From contig CAZGKQ010000002.1 of NCBI GenBank assembly GCA_964526125.1, positions 1 to 28,642 of the forward strand: a DNA stretch of 28,642 nt, given 5' to 3'. The notes beneath the pieces are model-generated. The model was not told the origin of the DNA and did not search any database. It worked only from the letters and a program-made list of their open reading frames with translations. Positions 17,498 to 26,669 of this stretch are shown here, in pieces. The position numbers and the translations under genes were made by a program. How positions within the stretch are numbered: position 1 is the stretch's first letter; each line of letters begins with the position of its first letter. The DNA comes from an uncultured Faecalibacterium sp. (GTDB lineage: Bacteria > Bacillota > Clostridia > Christensenellales > Aristaeellaceae).

Positions 17498-18444
17498 GTA
17501 CATATCCTGTAAGAGGCTATAAGGGGCCGGTCGGCCCTGACGGCACGCCGATTCAAGTGCCCAAGAAGGTGCAGAAGCTGGCGCAGAAATCGTCCATGAA
17601 ACACCGCAAGCCCAACCGCTCCCGTGTTGGCGACTTTCTGGTGGGGCTGCTGCTGTTCGTGGTCGCCTGCATGATGGCCTTTCCGCTGGTATTCGCCATT
17701 TCGTCTTCTCTGAAGCCGCTGGATGAGCTGTTCCGCTTTCCGCCGACGCTCTTTCCGCGCAATCCCACCCTGGACAACTTCTCCGACCTGCTGGTCACCA
17801 TGAGCCAGAGCTGGGTTCCCTTCTCCCGTTACATCACCAACACCGTGGTCATTACCGTTGTCGGTACGTTTGGCCATCTGCTGATTGCCTCGCTGGCGGC
17901 TTATGTGCTGGCGAAGTACGACTTCCCGCTGGGCAAAAAGTTCTTCTCCCTGGTCGTGACCGCCCTGATGTTCAACGGCTACGTCACCGCCATCCCGAAC
18001 TACCTGACCATGACGCACCTGCACATCGTCGATACGCACTGGGCGGTCATTCTCCCGGCTTTCGCCGCACCCATCGGCCTGTTCCTGATGAAGCAGTTCA
18101 TGGAAGGTCTGCCCACGTCGCTGATTGAATCCGCCAAGATTGACGGTGCGAAGGAATTGCGCATCTTCTGGCAGATCGTGATGCCCAACGTCAAGCCGGC
18201 CTGGCTGACGCTAATCATCTTCTCCGTCCAGAACCTGTGGAATTCCAAGGCTTCCACCGTCATTTACTCCGAGGCGCAGAAGACGCTTGTCTACGCCCTG
18301 CAACAGATTCAGGCCGGCGGCGTTGCGCGTACCGGTCAGGCCGCCGCGGTCACGGTGGTGGTCATGGCCGTGCCGATTGCAACCTTCATCCTCAGCCAGA
18401 GTCAGATTCTTGAAACCATGGCCACCTCCGGCCTGAAGGATTAA
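17494..18444 (+). CDS. Carbohydrate ABC permease (MalG/UgpE-like), pair 1 (316 aa)
   Basis: PTLDNF, FLMKQFMEGLPTSLIESAKIDGA EAA loop. Start at 17494 (RBS GAGGAGG, ATGA overlap). Confidence 0.93.
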   Translation: MSTYPVRGYKGPVGPDGTPIQVPKKVQKLAQKSSMKHRKPNRSRVGDFLVGLLLFVVACMMAFPLVFAISSSLKPLDELFRFPPTLFPRNPTLDNFSDLLVTMSQSWVPFSRYITNTVVITVVGTFGHLLIASLAAYVLAKYDFPLGKKFFSLVVTALMFNGYVTAIPNYLTMTHLHIVDTHWAVILPAFAAPIGLFLMKQFMEGLPTSLIESAKIDGAKELRIFWQIVMPNVKPAWLTLIIFSVQNLWNSKASTVIYSEAQKTLVYALQQIQAGGVARTGQAAAVTVVVMAVPIATFILSQSQILETMATSGLKD

Positions 18445-18456
18445 GCGAGAAAGGAC

Positions 18457-19971
18457 ATGTCGCAGATGAAAAGCATTTCTTTACGCCTGTGTGCCTGTCT
18501 GATGGCGGTTTGCCTCCTCGCTGCCCTGATCGGGACGAGTACGGCACTTGCCGCAGACGGCTATGATTACGCCTACACCTACACCTACGACTACTGGTCT
18601 GATCAGCGTCAGTCTCCTGACGCATATCGCACCAAAGCCGTGCTGACCAGCGCCTCTCTGGGGCTGGAAAAAGACTTCGTCGCCCCCAAGGGTCTGAACG
18701 TGCAGGGCGATGACATCTACATCGTCGATACGGGTAACAACCGCATCCTGCAAGTGACGCGCAGCGGCGAGGAATACACCCTCACGCGCATCATCGACAC
18801 CATTCAGGGAGCCGAACCGGCCACGCTGAATGCACCGCAGGACGTATTCGTCGCTGAAGACGGCACGCTCTACATCGCGGACACGAGCAACAACCGCATC
18901 CTCAAGGTGGATAAAGATCTGAACCTCCTGCTCACCTTCACCAAGCCGGAGGATACCACCTTCGACCAGGCTTCCGCCTTCCTGCCGACCAAGCTGGTGG
19001 CCGATACGTCAGGCCGTGTCTACTGTCTGGCGCAGAATGTCAACCGCGGCCTGATCAAGTACGAAGCCGATGCCACCTTCACCGGCTTCATCGGCGCGAG
19101 CGAGGTCAAGTACACCTGGTATGAGCTGATCTGGCGCATGATCTCCACCAAGGAACAGCGCGCCCAGCAGGAATCCTTCGTGCCGACGGAATACAACAAC
19201 ATTGCCATTGACAAGGACGGTTTCTTCTTCGTCGTGACCCAGACCTTCGATGCCAATGAGCTGATGTCCGGTCAGGCCAAGCCGATTCGCCGTCTGAACT
19301 CCATCGGCACCAACATCCTGATTGAAAACGGCCTTGAGCCGCCCATCGGCGACCTGCAATGGGTCGGCGGCAATGAGAACATCACCAACAGCGGCCCGTC
19401 CAAATTTGTGGACGTGACGGTGCTGGACAACGGCATCTACTCCGTCATTGACAAAACGCACAACCGCATCTTCTCCTACGACAAGCAAGGGAACCTGCTG
19501 TGGGCGTTCGGCGGTGTGGGCAACATGGACGGTTACTTCCTCACCCCGGCGGCGCTGGAACATCAGGGCTACGACCTGCTGATTCTGGACTCGCAGGAAT
19601 GCGCCGTAACCATCATGACCCCCACGGAATACGGCCAGCTGGTCTACACGGCCACCGAGCAGTATCAGAGCGGCGACTACACCGGTTCTTCCGACTCCTG
19701 GCGCGAGGTCATGAAGCGCAACGGCAACTACGACCTGGCCTACATCGGCATTGGCCGTGCGCTGCTTCAGCAGAAGCAGTACAAGGAGGCCTGCGACTAC
19801 TTCGCCATGGCGCGTGACAGCCGCAACTACTCCGAGGCGTTCCGCTACTACCGCTCCGAGCTGGTGGAGGAGAACATCGGCTGGATCTTCGGCGTTCTGG
19901 CCGTCGCCGTGTGTCTGCCGCTGCTCATCGGGCGGATTCGCAAAATCAAGATGGAGGTGGATAACGCATGA
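18457..19971 (+). CDS. NHL-repeat beta-propeller plus TPR protein, signal peptide and C-terminal TM anchor (504 aa)
   Basis: Signal peptide ending ALA|A. NHL motifs APKGL..DIYIVDTGNNRIL and APQDVFV..DGTLYIADTSNNRIL. TPR-like AYIGIGRALLQQKQYKEACDYF. C-terminal TM WIFGVLAVAVCLPLLIG plus basic tail. Confidence 0.82.
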   Translation: MSQMKSISLRLCACLMAVCLLAALIGTSTALAADGYDYAYTYTYDYWSDQRQSPDAYRTKAVLTSASLGLEKDFVAPKGLNVQGDDIYIVDTGNNRILQVTRSGEEYTLTRIIDTIQGAEPATLNAPQDVFVAEDGTLYIADTSNNRILKVDKDLNLLLTFTKPEDTTFDQASAFLPTKLVADTSGRVYCLAQNVNRGLIKYEADATFTGFIGASEVKYTWYELIWRMISTKEQRAQQESFVPTEYNNIAIDKDGFFFVVTQTFDANELMSGQAKPIRRLNSIGTNILIENGLEPPIGDLQWVGGNENITNSGPSKFVDVTVLDNGIYSVIDKTHNRIFSYDKQGNLLWAFGGVGNMDGYFLTPAALEHQGYDLLILDSQECAVTIMTPTEYGQLVYTATEQYQSGDYTGSSDSWREVMKRNGNYDLAYIGIGRALLQQKQYKEACDYFAMARDSRNYSEAFRYYRSELVEENIGWIFGVLAVAVCLPLLIGRIRKIKMEVDNA

Positions 19972-20633
19972 CGCTTCTTTCCAAAGTAACCGATAAGCAG
20001 AAGTGGCATCGCCTGCTTTCCTCCCTCAAGTACTCACTCTACGTCATCTTCCATCCCTTCGATGGCTTCTGGGATTTGAGCCGTGAAAAGCGTGGATCGC
20101 TGGCAGCAGCCAACATCATCGTGTTCCTGGTGCTGCTGGTGCGTCTGCTGAAGATGCAGTTCACGCCCTTCCTGTTCATGAACGTGTATTGGCCGAAAGT
20201 CAATATCCTTCAGCAGTGCCTGTCCGTCCTGCTGCCGCTGATTTTCTTCGTCGCCGGTAACTGGGGACTGACCACGCTGTTTGAAGGCAAAGGCACGTTC
20301 AAGGACGTTTACATTGCCACCTGCTACGCGCTGACCCCCTATGTGATCATTCAGGCGATCATGATCGTGCTGTCCAACGGCATCACCGTCAACGAAGGCT
20401 CGTTCTACTATGTGCTGGACGGTCTCTCCCTCATTTGGAGCGGCGCACTGATTATCAGCGGCATGATGCAGACGCATGACTACTCCTTTGGCAAGACGCT
20501 GCTTTTCACCATCATCACGCTCTTCGCCATGGTCGTGATCATCTTCCTGCTGCTGCTGTTCTTCTCCCTGGTGGGCGACGGCATCGGCTACTTCATCTCC
20601 CTGTACAAAGAAATCCTCTTCCGCCTGTATTAA
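19968..20633 (+). CDS. YIP1-like integral membrane protein (221 aa)
   Basis: IFHPFDGFW, GKGTFKDVY...YALTPY, and 5-6 hydrophobic segments. RBS GGAGG and ATGA overlap with the NHL gene. Confidence 0.78.
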   Translation: MTLLSKVTDKQKWHRLLSSLKYSLYVIFHPFDGFWDLSREKRGSLAAANIIVFLVLLVRLLKMQFTPFLFMNVYWPKVNILQQCLSVLLPLIFFVAGNWGLTTLFEGKGTFKDVYIATCYALTPYVIIQAIMIVLSNGITVNEGSFYYVLDGLSLIWSGALIISGMMQTHDYSFGKTLLFTIITLFAMVVIIFLLLLFFSLVGDGIGYFISLYKEILFRLY

Positions 20634-20651
20634 CGAAAGGAGAGAACATAC

Positions 20652-23234
20652 ATGAAACGGCGCATCACTGTGCGCATCGTGCTGGGTGTGATTCTTCTCC
20701 TGGCACTGGCGCTGTTGACGAACTACGTCATCATTCCCCTGTTTGACACCTCCGAAGAAACAGAAGGCCACAACGTCCCCCTCTACGGCTACACGGCTCC
20801 GGAAACGGAGATGGTCATGGAGAACGACATCCTTCGCTTCGAGCTGGATCCGGAAACGACCCATTTCACCCTGACCGATAAGCGAACCGGTCACGTCTGG
20901 TACTCCTCTCCCCTGGCAGCAGACAGCGATCCCATCGCCCTGCCGGTGGAAAAGAACAAGCTCAACTCCACCATGACCCTCACCTACTCCACGTCCACGG
21001 GCATGACCACGCTCTTCACCTCGAATGAGCACAGCGTGACCAACGATGTGTATGAGGTGGTCATGCAGGAGGACGGCTCCGTCCGCCTGAACTACTCCGT
21101 TGGCCGTCTGCAACGCTCCTATGCGATCCCGACTGCCATTACCGCCGATCGCATGCAGGTCTATCTGGAGAAGATGACCACGAAGCAGCAGAAGGCCATG
21201 AAGGAGTACTACCGCGAATACAACATCGACAAGCTGCGCAAGAACGATAATAAGGAAGAGCTTCTGGCCACCTATCCCGACCTGGCCGAACAGCACGTCT
21301 GGGTGCTGCGCGACGGCACGAAGGATTATCAGAAGGCGTATGCCGAAACCTACTTCGCCGAGGCCGGTTACACCGCCGAGGATCTGGAGTATGACAACAG
21401 CCGCATTGTGCAGAAGGAGAACACGACCGCCAAGGCCGTCTTCGATGTCTCCATCATCTTCCGGCTGGAAGGCAACGACCTGGTGGTGGAAGTGCCGCTG
21501 GACGACCTGGCCTACGATGTGGACTATCCGCTGACTGCCCTGACCCTGCTGCCCTCCTTCGGCGCGGGCGGCACGGATGATGAAGGCTTCATACTCGTCC
21601 CTGACGGCAGCGGCGCCCTCATCAATTTCAACAATGGTAAGCTGAAGCAGAATGCCTACTACGCCAACCTCTACGGCTGGGACTGGGCATCCATCCGCAC
21701 GCAGATCACCAACGAAACGCGCATCAACTTCCCGGTTTTCGGCATCTCGAACGGGGACGGCGCATTCGTCTGCATTCTGGAAGATGGCGCGGCCTGGGCC
21801 GGCATCAACGCCGACATTTCCGGCCACCTGACCTCCTACAACACCGTCAGCGCCACCTATTCCATCGTTCACGGCGATGCCTACGATGTTTCCGAGCGAA
21901 CGAACACCAGCGTGTACATGTTTGAAACGGAACATCCCACCGGCACGATTCGCCAGCGCTATCGTTTCCTGACCGACACCGGCTACATGGACATGGCGGC
22001 TTCCTACCGCGATTACCTGACGACCCTCTATCCGGATTTCGCCGCCCAGACGGTCGATGCGGACGCTGCGGTGAATGTGGAATTCATTGGCGCAATTGAC
22101 AAGGTGCAGCAGGTGGCCGGTATCCCCACCAGCGTCCCAATCGCCATGACGACTTACGAACAGGCGACGGAGCTGCTGCGCGAACTGGTGCAGCGCGGTC
22201 TGCCGAACCTCACCATCCGCTACAGCGGTTGGATGAACGGCGGCATGAACCAGAAGCTGCTTAAGAAGGTGAAGCTCATCAGCGAGCTTGGTTCGGAAAG
22301 CGACTTCAAGGAGCTGACCCAGACGGCGGCCAACGCCAACATCCCCCTCTATCTGGACGGCATGATGTCCTTCGCGTATGACAGCGACCTGATGGACGGC
22401 TTCCTGGGCTATCGCGATGCGGCGCGCTTCACCACCCGTGAGCAGGCCAACATTCCCGTCTACAGCACCATCTGGTACGGCCCGGAGGATGAAGACGATC
22501 GCAAGTCCTACTACCTGATTAAGCCTGCACTGGCCATGGAAAACGTTGATACGCTGTCCAGCACCGCTGCTGACTACAACGCCAACGTTTCCTTCCGCGA
22601 CATTGGCTACATGCTCTCTTCGGACTACGACGCCAAGGATCACACCACCCGTGAGGAAGTCCTTGACCTTCAGGTCGAAAAGCTTTCTTCCCTGCGCGCT
22701 GGTGGCCAGAGCGTCATGATCCGCCAGGGCAACGATTACGCGGCTGTCTGGTCGAATATCATCACCGATATGGACTTTGATGGCGCGCAGTACTCCATCA
22801 TCGACGAGTACGTTCCCTTCTACACCGCCGCGCTTCACAGCCGCGTCACCTACACGGGCGCATCCCTGAACCTCGCCGACGACGCGGAAGAGCTGCTCCT
22901 GCGCAGCGCCGAAATGGGTGCCAGCCTTCAGTACACGCTCTTCGCCAGCAGCGTCTATGAGCTTCAGGATTCCTTCTACTCGGAATACTACGGCGCGGAT
23001 GCTTCTCTGGTGCTGGACGACATGACAGCCCAGGTCAAGCAGTACAGTGAGACGCTCAGTGGCATCTTCGATCAGGAAATGGTCGGCCACGAGCGCAACG
23101 GTAACGTCACCATTACGACCTACGAAAACGGCACGCAGGTTTACGTCAACTACGGCTATGTCGATGTGGAGCTGAACGGCGTGACCGTTCCGGCTCGCAG
23201 CTACACGGCCACCACACAGGAGGTGATTGAATGA
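20652..23234 (+). CDS. DUF5696-like membrane-anchored extracellular protein, possibly glycoside-hydrolase related (860 aa)
   Basis: N-terminal TM. MENDILRF....HF...DKRTGHVWYS.P, GFILVPDGSGALINF, PVFGI, YSGWMNGG, and C-terminal TTYENGTQVYVNY. Assignment rests on recalled motifs and context next to YIP1/NHL. Confidence 0.7.
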   Translation: MKRRITVRIVLGVILLLALALLTNYVIIPLFDTSEETEGHNVPLYGYTAPETEMVMENDILRFELDPETTHFTLTDKRTGHVWYSSPLAADSDPIALPVEKNKLNSTMTLTYSTSTGMTTLFTSNEHSVTNDVYEVVMQEDGSVRLNYSVGRLQRSYAIPTAITADRMQVYLEKMTTKQQKAMKEYYREYNIDKLRKNDNKEELLATYPDLAEQHVWVLRDGTKDYQKAYAETYFAEAGYTAEDLEYDNSRIVQKENTTAKAVFDVSIIFRLEGNDLVVEVPLDDLAYDVDYPLTALTLLPSFGAGGTDDEGFILVPDGSGALINFNNGKLKQNAYYANLYGWDWASIRTQITNETRINFPVFGISNGDGAFVCILEDGAAWAGINADISGHLTSYNTVSATYSIVHGDAYDVSERTNTSVYMFETEHPTGTIRQRYRFLTDTGYMDMAASYRDYLTTLYPDFAAQTVDADAAVNVEFIGAIDKVQQVAGIPTSVPIAMTTYEQATELLRELVQRGLPNLTIRYSGWMNGGMNQKLLKKVKLISELGSESDFKELTQTAANANIPLYLDGMMSFAYDSDLMDGFLGYRDAARFTTREQANIPVYSTIWYGPEDEDDRKSYYLIKPALAMENVDTLSSTAADYNANVSFRDIGYMLSSDYDAKDHTTREEVLDLQVEKLSSLRAGGQSVMIRQGNDYAAVWSNIITDMDFDGAQYSIIDEYVPFYTAALHSRVTYTGASLNLADDAEELLLRSAEMGASLQYTLFASSVYELQDSFYSEYYGADASLVLDDMTAQVKQYSETLSGIFDQEMVGHERNGNVTITTYENGTQVYVNYGYVDVELNGVTVPARSYTATTQEVIE

Positions 23235-24127
23235 TCGGCAAGCGTTTGTCCATCCGCACCCGTCGTGCGATTTCCGGCTATCTCTTCATCCTGCCGTTCA
23301 TCATCGGCTTCCTCTGCTTCATGCTGCTGCCGCTGATTGACTCCTTCTGGATGAGCCTGTGCAACGTGGAAGTCACGGCCGGTCAGGGGTTCAAAACCAC
23401 CTACATCGGCCTGAGCAACTACATCAAGGCCTTCACCATCGACCCGGAATTCAACCAGATGCTTCTGGAAGAGACCGGTGTGATGGTCACGCACACACTG
23501 GCGATTCTGGTTGTCTCCTTCGTCATTGCCATCGTGCTGAATCAGGAATTCAAGGGGCGCGCCTTTGTCCGTGCGATCTTCTTCCTGCCCGTGATTCTGT
23601 CCAGCGGCGTGCTGCTGGGTCTGGAAACGGACAACTCCCTGATGTCCGGCATGCAGGACATGATTCAGGAAACCACCACCTTCACCCTGTCGGATTCGCT
23701 GATGAACATCCTGAAGCTGACGGGTCTGGGCGGCGACCTGCTGGACGTGGTCTTCTCGCTGGTGGATGAGCTGTATGACATCGTCATGGCCAGCGGCATC
23801 CAGATCATCGTCTTCCTCTCCGGATTGCAAAACGTCCCCCAGAGCCTTTACGAGGCGGCGGACGTGGAAGGTTGCTCCAAGTGGGAAGCGTTCTGGACGA
23901 TCACCTTCCCGATGGTTTCTCCCCTGCTGATCGTCAACGTCATCTACACCATCATCGACTTCTTCATGAAGACTGACAGCGAAATCATGGAGAAGATCAG
24001 CGAAGAAATCCTGCGGTTCAACTACGGCTTCTCCTCGGCCATGGCCTGGATTTACTTTGCCGTAGCCATCCTGATGATTGCAGTTTCCGCCTTGATTCTG
24101 AAGGGAGTGGTAAGTACCGATGAGTAA
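23231..24127 (+). CDS. Carbohydrate ABC permease (MalF-like), pair 2 (298 aa)
   Basis: GYLFILPFIIGF, IGLSNY, LSGLQNVPQSLYEAADVEG...WEAFWTITFP, YGFSSAMAWIYF. ATGA overlap. Confidence 0.93.
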   Translation: MIGKRLSIRTRRAISGYLFILPFIIGFLCFMLLPLIDSFWMSLCNVEVTAGQGFKTTYIGLSNYIKAFTIDPEFNQMLLEETGVMVTHTLAILVVSFVIAIVLNQEFKGRAFVRAIFFLPVILSSGVLLGLETDNSLMSGMQDMIQETTTFTLSDSLMNILKLTGLGGDLLDVVFSLVDELYDIVMASGIQIIVFLSGLQNVPQSLYEAADVEGCSKWEAFWTITFPMVSPLLIVNVIYTIIDFFMKTDSEIMEKISEEILRFNYGFSSAMAWIYFAVAILMIAVSALILKGVVSTDE

Positions 24128-25136
24128 GAATACTGCGGCGCATGCCCACCCCAGTGAAAGCTTCTGGGTTCGCAACCGGAAGTCCGGCGGCTACCTGCTG
24201 CGCAAGGTTGTTCGCCGCAAGGGTTATCAGCTGCTGCGCTTCCTGCTGCTGTTCGGATTGTGCTTCATGATTATTCAGCCGCTGCTGGGCAAGCTGAGCG
24301 TCTCCTTCATGGAGGAGCGCGACCTGTACGACTCCACGGTCATCTCCATTCCGCGCCACCTGACGACGGAAAACTACGAGCTGGCCGCCAGCAAAACGCT
24401 GCTGAACTACGGCACGACCTTCACCAACACGCTGTTTGTTTCCTGCTGGGTCTCCCTGCTGCAAATCGCGGCGTGTACGCTGGTTGGTTATGGCTTTGCG
24501 CGGTTTGACTTCCCGTTCAAGAAGTTCTGGTTCATGGCGGTTATTCTCACCGTCATCATTCCGCCGCAAACCATTTCCTCCTCGCTGTATCTGCACTTCA
24601 ACTTCTTCGACATTCTGGGCATCTTCACGGCGATTACCGGCGCTCCGCTGAACCTGCGCGGCTCGGCCGTTCCCTACGCGCTGATGTCGGCCACCTGCAT
24701 GGGTCTGAAAAACGGCCTGTACATCTACATGATCCGCCAGTTCTTCTCCGGCATTCCCAAGTCGCTGGAGGAGGCGGCGTATGTGGACGGCTGCAGCACC
24801 TTCAAGACCTTCTGGCGCGTCATTCTGCCGGAAGCCGTGCCGATTCTGGTGTCCTGCTTCCTGTTTGCCTTCGTGTGGCAGTGGACGGACACGTTCTACT
24901 CCAAGATGTTCCTGGGCAACACGAAATTGCTGAGCATTGAAGCGTCCACCATCGCCGACCGACTGAACAGCTATGTGTCCGTTCAGCTGGGTCTGGCCAG
25001 CGGCGCTTCCGTGGGCTATCAGCAGCAGATGGTTTCCACCGGCACGCTGATGCTGGTCGCACCGCTGCTGGTGCTGTACCTGTTCGCACAGCGTTCCTTC
25101 GTGGAATCCATCGCAGCCAGCGGCATCAAGGGATAA
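24120..25136 (+). CDS. Carbohydrate ABC permease (MalG-like), pair 2 (338 aa)
   Basis: GYGFARFDFPFK, RQFFSGIPKSLEEAAYVDG EAA loop, QRSFVESIAASGIKG. 8-nt overlap with the previous gene. Confidence 0.93.
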   Translation: MSKNTAAHAHPSESFWVRNRKSGGYLLRKVVRRKGYQLLRFLLLFGLCFMIIQPLLGKLSVSFMEERDLYDSTVISIPRHLTTENYELAASKTLLNYGTTFTNTLFVSCWVSLLQIAACTLVGYGFARFDFPFKKFWFMAVILTVIIPPQTISSSLYLHFNFFDILGIFTAITGAPLNLRGSAVPYALMSATCMGLKNGLYIYMIRQFFSGIPKSLEEAAYVDGCSTFKTFWRVILPEAVPILVSCFLFAFVWQWTDTFYSKMFLGNTKLLSIEASTIADRLNSYVSVQLGLASGASVGYQQQMVSTGTLMLVAPLLVLYLFAQRSFVESIAASGIKG

Positions 25137-25170
25137 TCCCCCTGATGCCCCGGCTCCCCTACTCTCTCGC

Positions 25171-25197
25171 TTCTTAGCCCCCATGATGGGGCAAGAA
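25171..25197 (+). other. Intergenic stem-loop 5' of the second SBP gene
   Basis: TTCTT(A)GCCCC-CATGAT-GGGGCAAGAA, just before the AAGGAGG RBS. Confidence 0.6.
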
Positions 25198-25218
25198 AAT
25201 AAAAAGGAGGTACCAAAC

Positions 25219-26616
25219 ATGAAACGGTATCTGGCTCTGTTCCTGTCTCTGGTGATGATCCTCTGCGCGCTGCCCGCAGCGTTCGCGGAAGACGTCGAGA
25301 ACCCCTACGAGGATCAAGGCGTCGTCATCTATCGTGATGCTGACGGCAACGTCATCGACCTGGGCGGCATGGAAATCATCGTCGCCGACTGGTGGTCCAC
25401 CGACTGGCACGACGACGAACCCACCACGGATGCTGGTGAAGCCACCTACGACTACCGCACCTGGCTGGAAGAGACCTACAACTTCACGATCGTGCAGAAG
25501 AATGTCACGACGTGGGGCGACTCTCCCTCCGACTTCACCAACTTCGCCACCACCGGCGGCGACGAGAACTATGTGTGGATTCTGCGCGCTGACGCTGCGC
25601 TGGCTCCCTACAAGGCCGGCCTGTTCTACGACCTGTCCACCCTGGACTGCCTGAACTTCTCCGACGAGAAGTGGAACGAGACGACCGCCAGCCTGTACAC
25701 CAAGGACGGCGACGTCTACGCGATGCGTCCTGAGAAGGCCGAACCGCGCAAGGGCGTGTTCTTCAACTATCGTCTGCTGTCCGAGGCCGGTATCGACCCC
25801 GAATCCATCTACGACATGCAGGCCGACGGCACCTGGACCTGGGAAGCTTTCGAAGAACTGTGCGAAAAGCTGACCCGTGACACCGACAACGATGGCGTGA
25901 CCGACCGTTATGCCATGATGTCCTTCTCCTCTCACCTGCTGCCCGCTGCGGCCGTCTCCAATGGTGCCGGCTTCGTCATGGTGGACGAAAATGGTCTGTA
26001 CTACAACGGCGCCGAGACCGATGCCTTCCTGGAGGCCATGAACTGGGTCATCGACCTGATCGGCAAGTACGAAATGAAGGCTCCGGAAGGCGCGAACTGG
26101 GACTACTTCCAGACGGCCTTCATCAATGGTGAAGTTGCGCTGCAGGTGCATGAAGAATACTTCGTGTCCAGCCTGCAGGATATGGAAGACGACTTCGGCT
26201 TCGTGTTCTTCCCCAAGGGACCCCAGTCTGAAACCTACCTGTTTGCTCCCAGCGACAACGTGATGGTCATCCCGGCCTGCTACGACGAAGAACGTGCCTG
26301 GAAGATCGCTTTCGCCTACAACCTGTTCACCAACCCCACCCCCGGCTATGGCGAGACCGACGACTGGAAGACCGACTACAAGAAGCTGTTCCGTGACGAG
26401 CGCTCTGTGGACGACACCCTGGCCATGATGCGTGATCCGGTGCACCAGTTCACCTGGTACTCCGACATGATCACCGGCTACGACCTGGGCAACCAGTACA
26501 TCTGGAACGTGTACGCGCTGGCTGAGACTCCGGCTGAGAAGGCGGAATCCATGCGTGGCACCTGGCAGGCGTACCTCGACGAAGCCAATGGCATCGGCGT
26601 TACCACTGCTGAGTAA
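25219..26616 (+). CDS. Family-1 extracellular solute-binding protein (465 aa) with non-lipoprotein signal peptide
   Basis: Start at 25219 after AAGGAGG. MKRYLALFLSLVMILCALPAAFA|ED. Motifs GVFFNYRLL, GTWTWEAF, DTDNDGVTD loop, AFINGEVA, DDFGFVFFPKGP. Confidence 0.9.
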   Translation: MKRYLALFLSLVMILCALPAAFAEDVENPYEDQGVVIYRDADGNVIDLGGMEIIVADWWSTDWHDDEPTTDAGEATYDYRTWLEETYNFTIVQKNVTTWGDSPSDFTNFATTGGDENYVWILRADAALAPYKAGLFYDLSTLDCLNFSDEKWNETTASLYTKDGDVYAMRPEKAEPRKGVFFNYRLLSEAGIDPESIYDMQADGTWTWEAFEELCEKLTRDTDNDGVTDRYAMMSFSSHLLPAAAVSNGAGFVMVDENGLYYNGAETDAFLEAMNWVIDLIGKYEMKAPEGANWDYFQTAFINGEVALQVHEEYFVSSLQDMEDDFGFVFFPKGPQSETYLFAPSDNVMVIPACYDEERAWKIAFAYNLFTNPTPGYGETDDWKTDYKKLFRDERSVDDTLAMMRDPVHQFTWYSDMITGYDLGNQYIWNVYALAETPAEKAESMRGTWQAYLDEANGIGVTTAE

Positions 26617-26626
26617 GCACATTTTT

Positions 26627-26658
26627 GAAGGGGTCTGCTGATCTTCAGCCATCCCTTC
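26627..26658 (+). other. Stem-loop immediately 3' of the second SBP gene
   Basis: GAAGGGG...GCTGA-TCT-TCAGC...TCCCTTC, 10 nt after the stop. Confidence 0.55.
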
Positions 26659-26669
26659 TAACCCACGTT

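Noticed and set aside
20034-23090. 1018-aa minus-strand ORF, plus 13716-15518, 25174-26652 and 26709-27935
   Set aside because: Antisense shadows of the DUF5696-like, SBP and GH10 genes, with compositions typical of reverse-read codons.
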